Assembly: GCA_002441305.1 (NCBI GenBank)
Contig: DJVT01000009.1
Coordinates: 409,210 to 473,209 of the forward strand
Length of the DNA: 64,000 nt
Origin: Candidatus Omnitrophica bacterium UBA6249
Lineage (GTDB): Bacteria; Omnitrophota; Gorgyraeia; Gygaellales; Profunditerraquicolaceae
Direction of reading: 5' to 3'
Positions 57,453 to 64,000 of this stretch are shown in pieces; the first letter of the stretch is position 1, and each line of letters opens with the position of its first letter. The position numbers and the translations under genes were made by a program. The notes under the pieces are model-generated. The model was not told the DNA's origin. It did no database searches and saw only the letters and a list, made by a program, of their open reading frames with translations.

Positions 57453-57479
57453 ATTATACCACCAAAACAGTTTTGTCAA
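57453..57479 (-). promoter_or_regulatory. Consensus sigma70 promoter placed for a leaderless ECF sigma mRNA
   Basis: On the minus strand: TTGACA (57479-74), 15 nt, TATAAT (57458-53), then only 7 nt (tacaagc) before the ATG at 57445. No SD is present. Confidence 0.55.
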
Positions 57480-57487
57480 ACAAAAGA

Positions 57488-57520
57488 ATTCGGAGGCCTC
57501 CTGTTATGAGGCCTCCGAAT
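57488..57520 (-). terminator. Intrinsic terminator of hppA
   Basis: On the minus strand: AUUCGGAGGCCUC-auaacag-GAGGCCUCCGAAU followed by UCUUUUGUUU. Confidence 0.85.
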
Positions 57521-57541
57521 ATGAAAGAAGCTTGGAATATA

Positions 57542-59641
57542 TTACTTGATAAGAGAATTACTTATGATGAAAGAGGCAAAAACTATGGAAACCATAGACA
57601 TAAGCTTGATAAGTATATTCAAGCTGGGCCCCGAAGTATCCTTGAAAGGGTCCCCTACAGTATCACCCACCACGGTCGCTTTGTGCGCTACGGAACCTTT
57701 GCCCCCATGGTTTCCCTCTTCGACAAACTTCTTGGCATTGTCCCAGGCACCTCCAGAATTAGCCATCATGACCGCGAGCACAAAACCCGTAACGGTAGCT
57801 CCTACAAGCAACCCGGCAACGGCATTAACTCCTATCAACAGGCCTACCACGATAGGCGCAGAAATTGCCAAAAGCGAAGGAGCGATCATTTCGTGCTGTG
57901 CAGCCGCAGTAGCTATACTCACGCAACGAGCGTAATCCGGCTTGGTTTTGCCTTCCATCAGCCCGGCAATTTCTTTAAACTGCCTGCGCACTTCAACCAC
58001 GATCTTCCCCGCCGCCCTTCCCACTGCCCTCATAGTCATGGAGCAAAACAAGAAAGGCATCATCCCCCCGATAAATAACCCTACCAGTACCGGAGGATTC
58101 ATCATATTCGCATTTATATCCTTGCCGAAAAGCAGAGCCTGGTCCTTGTACGCGGCGATCAATGCCAGGGCAGTCAAAGCCGCAGAACCTATAGCGAAAC
58201 CTTTTCCGGTAGCAGCAGTAGTATTGCCTAAGGAATCGAGCGCATCCGTCCTTTTTCTTACCTCGGGAGGAAGATGGGACATCTCCGCGTTTCCTCCCGC
58301 GTTATCAGCAACAGGACCATACGCGTCTGTAGCGAGAGTAATACCCAGGGTAGAAAGCATCCCTACGGCGGAAATCGCGATCCCGTACAATCCGGCGTTG
58401 AAATCACCCGCTCCCCCAGCAACAAAAAAACTGGACAAAATAGCCACCCCGACTATTATCACCGGCAATGCCGTAGACATCATACCCACGGCCATTCCTC
58501 CAATAATAACAGTAGCCGGGCCCGTCAAAGAGGCCTCGGCTATCGAACGGGTAGGTTTAAATCCGCTTGAAGTGTAATATTCAGTGCAAAACCCAATCAG
58601 CACTCCGGCAACCAGGCCTGTCAGAACAGACCAATAAACCCCCAGGTGCTCAACGCCTAAAGTATACTTTACCAGGAAAAATGATACTATCGCAATTATA
58701 AAAGAACTGACAAAAACCCCTTTGCGTAACGCAAACAGCAGCACCTTTTGGCTTGCCTGCTCTCCGCTTTTTACGAAAAAAGTACCGATTATCGAAGCGA
58801 GTACGCCTACCGCAGCCATAACCATAGGAACGGTAACGCCAGCAACCCCCAACCCCGCAGCCACGCCTAAAGCTGAAGTTGCCACGATCGAGCCCACGTA
58901 TGATTCATAAAGATCCGCTCCCATCCCGGCTACGTCTCCCACATTATCCCCCACGTTATCCGCGATTACGGCGGGGTTACGCGGGTCATCTTCCGGGATG
59001 CCGGCTTCCACCTTTCCTACCAAATCCGCCCCTACATCCGCGGCCTTGGTAAAGATTCCCCCTCCTACCCTGGCGAAAAGAGCCATGGAGCTGGCCCCCA
59101 TACCGAAACATAACATAGTAGAAGTGATCGCCGCAATTTTATCAGTGCCTAACGGTATCGGGTGGCAGGAATAATACCAGTCCAGAAAATAATACCAGAC
59201 GCTCAAATCAAGCAGCCCCAACCCCACTACAGTCAAACCCATAACCGCGCCGCTGGAGAATGCCGCGCGCAGACCCGAATTCAGGCTCTTGGACGCCGCC
59301 TGGGCGGTGCGGCTGGAAGACTGGGTGGCGATAGTCATTCCAATGAACCCGGACAATCCGGAGAAGAACCCGCCCGACAAAAAAGCAAACGGTACGAATA
59401 TTACCAGGTAATTCTTCATGGCCATCGCCAGAAGCAGAAAGAATACAACCACGAAAAACAGGGAAACTCCAAGGTACTGCCTCTTTAAATAAGCCTGAGC
59501 CCCGATACGTACTGCCTGGGCAATCTCTCTCATCTTATCGGTACCTTCATCCATCTTCAATATGCTCAAGGTCAAATAAAATGCGAAACCTAAAGCCATA
59601 ATCGATCCCAGGGGAGCCAAAAGCAACAAATCAAAATTCAT
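57542..59641 (-). CDS. hppA: Membrane-bound ion-translocating pyrophosphatase
   Basis: 699 aa polytopic protein with [26 protein letters not shown] and other PPase signature motifs. Confidence 0.95.
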   Translation of the reverse strand: MNFDLLLLAPLGSIMALGFAFYLTLSILKMDEGTDKMREIAQAVRIGAQAYLKRQYLGVSLFFVVVFFLLLAMAMKNYLVIFVPFAFLSGGFFSGLSGFIGMTIATQSSSRTAQAASKSLNSGLRAAFSSGAVMGLTVVGLGLLDLSVWYYFLDWYYSCHPIPLGTDKIAAITSTMLCFGMGASSMALFARVGGGIFTKAADVGADLVGKVEAGIPEDDPRNPAVIADNVGDNVGDVAGMGADLYESYVGSIVATSALGVAAGLGVAGVTVPMVMAAVGVLASIIGTFFVKSGEQASQKVLLFALRKGVFVSSFIIAIVSFFLVKYTLGVEHLGVYWSVLTGLVAGVLIGFCTEYYTSSGFKPTRSIAEASLTGPATVIIGGMAVGMMSTALPVIIVGVAILSSFFVAGGAGDFNAGLYGIAISAVGMLSTLGITLATDAYGPVADNAGGNAEMSHLPPEVRKRTDALDSLGNTTAATGKGFAIGSAALTALALIAAYKDQALLFGKDINANMMNPPVLVGLFIGGMMPFLFCSMTMRAVGRAAGKIVVEVRRQFKEIAGLMEGKTKPDYARCVSIATAAAQHEMIAPSLLAISAPIVVGLLIGVNAVAGLLVGATVTGFVLAVMMANSGGAWDNAKKFVEEGNHGGKGSVAHKATVVGDTVGDPFKDTSGPSLNILIKLMSMVSIVFASFIISNSLIK

Positions 59642-59709
59642 TTTTTCTTACTCTCCTTTCAAAAACCGGCAATTTAACAGTTGTCAGCTATTCTTAAAAT
59701 TTAGGGACT

Positions 59710-59737
59710 ATGTTAACATAAACAAGTTGCTTGTCAA
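59710..59737 (-). promoter_or_regulatory. Candidate hppA promoter
   Basis: On the minus strand: TTGACA (59737-32), 16 nt, TAACAT (59715-10). Confidence 0.4.
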
Positions 59738-59749
59738 CAAGATTCGCAC

Positions 59750-60022
59750 CTATTTATTCCCATCCTGTTCGTCCACCACGGAACCTTCGACATCGACTAC
59801 GTTGGCTTCTTTTTCGGCGGCCGCTCCGCCGCCCGGGCTTGTATGCCGGCGTAAAATGTTAATGACGGAATACGTCTTAAAAATAAACACCCCCACCAGC
59901 ACCAGTTCTATCCCCAGCCAGATATATACGGACTTAAAAATGACGCGCCCGAATATGAGATTAAAAAATATAAGCATGGGAAGCAGGCATCCTGACTGCC
60001 CATGGAAAATAACACCCGGCAT
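59750..60022 (-). CDS. Small membrane protein (two TM helices)
   Basis: The ATG at 60022 overlaps the nitroreductase stop (TGATG). Hydrophobic core LLPMLIFFNLIFGRVIF...IELVLVGVFIF. Confidence 0.5.
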   Translation of the reverse strand: MPGVIFHGQSGCLLPMLIFFNLIFGRVIFKSVYIWLGIELVLVGVFIFKTYSVINILRRHTSPGGGAAAEKEANVVDVEGSVVDEQDGNK

Positions 60023-60519
60023 CAGAAACTCCCCCAATGCAGTATATCTTTAAGCGGCCGCTTCTGAGGGGCACCGGCTTCGACTCCGGCAGGATACCCA
60101 AGAGCAACCAAACTGACTAATTTCATGCCTGCAGGAGCCTTTAAAAAGGAACATACCCGGGAAGAATAAGGCTTCTTGTCTCCGGCTATCCAACATGAAC
60201 CCAAACCCGAATCCGTAGCAGAAAGAAGTATATTGCAAGTAGCTGCGCAGCCGTCTTCGAGGTAATATTTGGTATCTAAGCAGAAAACCGCAATGCATGC
60301 GGGAGCCTGCTCCAGGAATCTTCCGTTATCCGCCATACCTGCCAATTCGCACAACGCGGGCCTATCGGTAACCACTACGAACTCCCAGGGCTGTACATTC
60401 CTGGCCGTAGGGGCAAACCTGGCGCTGTCCACTATATCCTCAAGTAGCCGCCTCTCTACCGCCCTGAGGCAAAAAGACCTTATGCTGCGCCTGGTGCGCA
60501 ATAAATCAAGGCCTTGCAT
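60022..60519 (-). CDS. Nitroreductase-family protein
   Basis: The ATG at 60519 is preceded by GAGGGGG. LLRTRRSIRSF and RFAPTARNVQPWEF motifs are present. Confidence 0.85.
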   Translation of the reverse strand: MQGLDLLRTRRSIRSFCLRAVERRLLEDIVDSARFAPTARNVQPWEFVVVTDRPALCELAGMADNGRFLEQAPACIAVFCLDTKYYLEDGCAATCNILLSATDSGLGSCWIAGDKKPYSSRVCSFLKAPAGMKLVSLVALGYPAGVEAGAPQKRPLKDILHWGSF

Positions 60520-60916
60520 CCCCTGCCCCCTCTTCGGAAACGGACAACTTCCCATTTAATTCTTCCGGTATAGCACGCGGCCTTAAGTTTTTATCCACGC
60601 ATACCAGAATAGTCCTGGCTTTGACTATAAGCCGGCTGTCCTGATTATAAATCTCGTGCAGGAATTCCATGCGTACACCGCTAGAGCTCCCCACCCGGGT
60701 ACGCACCTCTAAATCATCCCCGTATACTGCGGGGGATTTATAATCGACCTCCTGCCGCGAAACAACAAACATTATCCCGGAATCGGCAAGCTCTTTGATA
60801 GAATGCCCCCGGGAGGCAAAATATTCAGTCCGCGCCTCTTCCAGGAAATCAAGGTAATTTGCATAATAGACCACTCCGCCGCAATCAGTATGGTGATAAT
60901 AAACATGTATTTTCAT
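60506..60916 (-). CDS. YbgC/4HBT-family acyl-CoA thioesterase
   Basis: The ATG at 60916 is preceded by a G-rich RBS. VYYHHTDCGGVVYYANYLDFLEEAR is the hotdog-fold signature. Confidence 0.85.
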   Translation of the reverse strand: MKIHVYYHHTDCGGVVYYANYLDFLEEARTEYFASRGHSIKELADSGIMFVVSRQEVDYKSPAVYGDDLEVRTRVGSSSGVRMEFLHEIYNQDSRLIVKARTILVCVDKNLRPRAIPEELNGKLSVSEEGAGDARP

Positions 60917-60940
60917 ATTAACCCCCACTATAATCCCTAA

Positions 60941-62209
60941 CTAAGAATTGTCAATACATTCTCCGATAAAACATCCTTTATGCATATCCTTAAGCCTTGC
61001 GGATACGAACGGCTTATTTGAACGGCTAAATGGCAGCAATACCTTAAGATAATTATCCGTCAACCCTTCTGCGCCTCCGGCCCGCCCGTTGAGCGGCCCT
61101 TCCAGCAGGACCTCGAATTCCCTCCCGAGAAAACCGCGCATAAAGCCATCGCGGCATTCCTCGGCTGCCTTTTCCAGTTCAAGGCAGCGGCTTTTTACCG
61201 CAGGGGCTCCCACCTCCCCCCTGAAACCGAACGCCTTCGTTCCGGGACGCGGAGAATACGGGAATATATGGACTTTTAAAGGCTTTATCCTCCTTATCAG
61301 CCTGATGGTATTCAGGAAATTCTCCTTTGTTTCCCCCGGAAAACCAACCAAACAATCGGTAGTTATGGAGACGTCCGGAATCTTCTCTCTGGCCCTTTCG
61401 ACAAGCCTCCTGTAACTGCAGGATGTATACTTACGGTTCATCATCTTCAGGACCCTGTCGTCGCCGCTCTGCAGGGGGATATGCAGATGCCTGCACAATT
61501 TCTTACTGCCGGAAAAACGCTTGAGCAACCCAGGGGAAACGTCTTTGGCTTCTATCGAACTTAATCTTATGCGCCGTATCCCTTTTATTTCTTCTATGCG
61601 GCCGACAACTTCTCCCAGGTCGATCCTTCCGCCCAAATCGCTGCCATATTGCCCAAGACAAATGCCGGTTAAGACAATCTCTTTGTACCCGTGCTCAGCC
61701 AGGCTGCCCGCCTCTTTAAGTATCTGTTTTATGGGTTTACTGCGCTTCCTGCCCCTGACCAAAGCCACTTTGCAGTATGAACAGAAATTATCGCATCCGT
61801 CCTGTATCTTGAGGAAGGCGCGGGTACGCTGGTTGAAAGCGGTTATCCCTTCCGGAAAAAATGATTTCTTCGCGATCAACCCCACCCCTTCGATAGCAGC
61901 CAATGTTTTCCAATCCTTTTCCGCCATGCACCCTGTGACGATAACAAAAGCCCCTGGGCTGGAATGTATACACCTGCGGATGAGATTGCGTGATTTTTGG
62001 TCGGCCCCGGAAGTTACAGTGCAAGTATTCACCAGGAAATAACCGGCGGAGGAATCTGAGAAAACTTCTTTAAATCCCCTCTCCAGGAATCTCTCCCTTA
62101 TGCTCTGCGTATCGTACTGATTTGCTTTACAGCCGAGAGTGATAAACCTGATGGTCTTCTTCCTGGCGGGAAAGGAAAATCCCGGGCGGGAAACTTCAAT
62201 TCTTTTCAT
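60941..62209 (-). CDS. mtaB: MiaB-like radical SAM tRNA methylthiotransferase (MtaB type)
   Basis: 422 aa with an N-terminal TLGCKANQYD and a radical SAM CDNFCSYC cluster motif. Confidence 0.75.
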   Translation of the reverse strand: MKRIEVSRPGFSFPARKKTIRFITLGCKANQYDTQSIRERFLERGFKEVFSDSSAGYFLVNTCTVTSGADQKSRNLIRRCIHSSPGAFVIVTGCMAEKDWKTLAAIEGVGLIAKKSFFPEGITAFNQRTRAFLKIQDGCDNFCSYCKVALVRGRKRSKPIKQILKEAGSLAEHGYKEIVLTGICLGQYGSDLGGRIDLGEVVGRIEEIKGIRRIRLSSIEAKDVSPGLLKRFSGSKKLCRHLHIPLQSGDDRVLKMMNRKYTSCSYRRLVERAREKIPDVSITTDCLVGFPGETKENFLNTIRLIRRIKPLKVHIFPYSPRPGTKAFGFRGEVGAPAVKSRCLELEKAAEECRDGFMRGFLGREFEVLLEGPLNGRAGGAEGLTDNYLKVLLPFSRSNKPFVSARLKDMHKGCFIGECIDNS

Positions 62210-62924
62210 TTAACCTGATGAAGCTCGCTACAGCTATGGCGGCGGTATCCACGCGCAGGACATTATCCCCCAACGAAACAGGCAGGAAACCGGCTTTTTT
62301 CGCAGAGGATACCTCGGCGGGAGTAAAATCCCCCTCCGGGCCGATCAAAACAATAATCCTTCCCCTCTTCCCTCCCACCACGTCCTTGAGCAATTTCCTA
62401 TCCCCCTCAAGAGTAGGAATTATCTTTAGGTCAAAAACACGGGAAGAAGACAATACGTCATCCAGCGAGCTAACCGGTTCTATCTTTACGAGCCTTGCCC
62501 GCTGGCTCTGCCTGGCGGAGCTTAAAGCTATCTTTTCCCAGCGTTGCAGGCGATACGCCTTTTTTTCTTTATCCAGCCGCACAATCACCCTCTCGGTCTC
62601 AAGGGGGATTATGCATTCCACCCCCAGCTGGGTAAGCTTATCCACGATATCGTCCATCCTTGCGTTTTTGGGGATAGCGCAGGCGATCGTTATGCTCGCC
62701 TCGGGACCGTCGCGCATCTTCTTCCCTCTCAAAAGCAGACGCACATTCTTATCCCCGATCTCCGAAACCACCCCGGGATATTCACTTCCCGAGCCGTCAC
62801 AAACCACTACAGGCTCCGATACCCTTACCCTAAGCACATCCTTCAGATGGTGCACCTGGACAGGGTCGTTCAAAACAAGGTTTTTCTCCCCTTCTTTTAT
62901 TTTATCTACGAATAAACGGTTCAT
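62196..62924 (-). CDS. rsmE: 16S rRNA (uracil1498-N3)-methyltransferase
   Basis: 242 aa with HLKDVLRV and LIGPEGDFTPAEV motifs. Confidence 0.85.
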   Translation of the reverse strand: MNRLFVDKIKEGEKNLVLNDPVQVHHLKDVLRVRVSEPVVVCDGSGSEYPGVVSEIGDKNVRLLLRGKKMRDGPEASITIACAIPKNARMDDIVDKLTQLGVECIIPLETERVIVRLDKEKKAYRLQRWEKIALSSARQSQRARLVKIEPVSSLDDVLSSSRVFDLKIIPTLEGDRKLLKDVVGGKRGRIIVLIGPEGDFTPAEVSSAKKAGFLPVSLGDNVLRVDTAAIAVASFIRLNEKN

Positions 62925-64000
62925 TATCCTCCGTCCTTCTCGGAAAACACCTCTGCTTTAAAAATATAAAGCTCCGTATCCTTATCCCTCCAGGCGCCTT
63001 TATCCAACCTGGCCTTATGCTCGCAAAGATTATCGAGAAACTCCTCCTTGCTCCATCCTGTTTCCAGGGCAACCTGCGGCAAGAATACTCCGCTTTGCCT
63101 CCCCTTGCGCACAAGCACGCCGTCCCTGCCCAATTCTATCTCTTCTGCTCCGTTAACCTTCTTCAACGGGGAGAGAACGGAGATCTCTATAGAAACACTC
63201 TTCAAATCCTGAAGAGAAAGCGGCGCAAAACGCGGATCGCCTACCGCCGCCTCAACCGCCATATCCCTTACGCATAGATAAAGAGGCTGGCTGGCGCTAA
63301 GGCTTCCTATACACCCCCTGAGCTCGCCGTTTTCTGTCAAAGTGACAAAAGCCCCCATATCCTTATTCAATAGCGCATCGTTTTCGGAAATTTCCGCTTT
63401 TTTCCCCGAGCGCAAATAACTTTCTATGGAAGAACGCGCAATTGCCAAAAGGCGGTTTTTTTGCCCTTTATCCAGCATATCCCCTCCGTTTGATTTATAC
63501 ACGGTCACGCTCGCGTATCCTACGGTCCAGCTACCGTCTGCTTTCTCTCCCGTAACCTCCGCAGAGTTGGTATGATTCAATATCTCCACCCCGTCACAGG
63601 CAAGCTGTTTTGCCGTATCCAGCGCGATGACCGCCGAAAATCCGCCGCAGGCCTGCGCCTTTCCTTCCCGCAGGGCATAATACAGGCCTTCGGGATCCAT
63701 TCTATCGATCAACCCCAAAGTGAAATCATCCGTTTCCCGCGCCTCCTTCAAGCTGTAACCATGGTAAAGGTCCGAAGAGACTACGATCAATACGTCTTCA
63801 CGCTCCCCTATAACATCTTTAAGCGCGGAGGAGATGCTTTTACAGGTATTCAAAGAGCAATCCCCGGTAATCACCGGCACAATCTTGGAACCCGGCAGAG
63901 TTTCCTGTAAAAACGGGAGCTGCACCTCCACCGAATGTTCCCCTGCAAATGCGGATTCATCGGATGAAATATCGGGTGATTTTTTAATCAGGCGGGAAGA
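62924..64000 (-). CDS. Memo-like (AmmeMemoRadiSam protein B) fused to an AMMECR1 domain, 5'-truncated by the window edge
   Basis: The frame stays open upstream of the track Met to base 64000 (..GEHSVEVQLPFLQ is the Memo motif). The C-terminal half has GAFVTLTENGELRGCIGS (AMMECR1). Confidence 0.8.
   Translation of the reverse strand, partial: SSRLIKKSPDISSDESAFAGEHSVEVQLPFLQETLPGSKIVPVITGDCSLNTCKSISSALKDVIGEREDVLIVVSSDLYHGYSLKEARETDDFTLGLIDRMDPEGLYYALREGKAQACGGFSAVIALDTAKQLACDGVEILNHTNSAEVTGEKADGSWTVGYASVTVYKSNGGDMLDKGQKNRLLAIARSSIESYLRSGKKAEISENDALLNKDMGAFVTLTENGELRGCIGSLSASQPLYLCVRDMAVEAAVGDPRFAPLSLQDLKSVSIEISVLSPLKKVNGAEEIELGRDGVLVRKGRQSGVFLPQVALETGWSKEEFLDNLCEHKARLDKGAWRDKDTELYIFKAEVFSEKDGG

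Noticed and set aside
26570-62961. Long plus-strand ORFs in the track, for example 26570-27310, 44384-45121, 57473-58078, 57942-58577 and 62218-62961.
   Set aside because: Each lies entirely antisense to a minus-strand gene with strong family motifs (hybrid kinase, DRTGG protein, hppA, rsmE). Their translations are low-complexity, Ser/Pro/Arg-rich shadow sequences with no SD or recognisable motifs.
1-64000. A search for CRISPR arrays, rRNA or tRNA genes, IS elements, integrases and prophage genes.
   Set aside because: None was seen by eye in any intergenic region or ORF. The only repeats noticed are the short regulatory-type repeats reported above. A by-eye scan of 64 kb cannot exclude short or degenerate elements.

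Overview
This 64-kb bacterial window has about 70 credible genes, all on the minus strand. They are tightly packed, with many 1-4 nt start/stop overlaps. I saw no rRNA, tRNA, CRISPR array, transposase or integrase. The gene content (Hcp, GTP-dependent PEPCK, membrane PPase, Thi4-type thiazole synthase, TIGR04073-like protein) suggests an uncultured anaerobe, but the phylum cannot be determined from this window. The ORF track uses the longest ORF and allows TTG/GTG starts, so I trimmed several N-termini to starts with a Shine-Dalgarno sequence or start/stop coupling. Layout from left to right: (1) 1-9.2 kb is a visibly A/T-richer defence island read as one co-directional string: abiEi, abiEii, a HEPN-like ORF, hsdR, hsdM, hsdS, a minimal SIR2-like gene, and an unknown partner that runs off the window. 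(2) 9.2-11.7 kb holds an rrf2-hcp-cupin module bracketed by three copies of a 24-bp palindromic box. (3) 11.8-15.4 kb holds small redox genes, an OXA-like class D beta-lactamase and a lone DUF2971 gene. (4) 15.6-20.8 kb is an ArsR-controlled arsenic island: two ArsP-like permeases, an unannotated 49-codon CCC micro-ORF, an arsEFG-like trio and acr3. (5) 20.9-33.6 kb is a synthase-dependent exopolysaccharide operon. It encodes TPR proteins, a TPR/beta-barrel porin, a BcsA-like GT2 synthase, a response regulator, a hybrid kinase, a hemerythrin, a GH26 hydrolase, an SGNH hydrolase and methyltransferases. The synthase is broken by one in-frame TAG exactly at the Q of its QxxRW motif. (6) 33.8-47.2 kb is housekeeping (purC, pckG, trxB, def, panD, ackA, pta, trxA). 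(7) 47.3-48.3 kb is a c-di-GMP-I riboswitch-controlled mini-operon. (8) 48.4-53.8 kb holds a TPP riboswitch with thi4 and an Rrf2-metY-cysK-metX-metW operon. (9) 53.9-57.5 kb is an operon encoding an ECF sigma factor, an anti-sigma factor and a CHAT-TPR protease. (10) 57.5-64 kb holds hppA, mtaB, rsmE and a Memo-AMMECR1 fusion. The best candidates for undescribed systems are the R-M-coupled SIR2 pair, the AbiE plus HEPN-like triad, and the sigma/anti-sigma/CHAT module.
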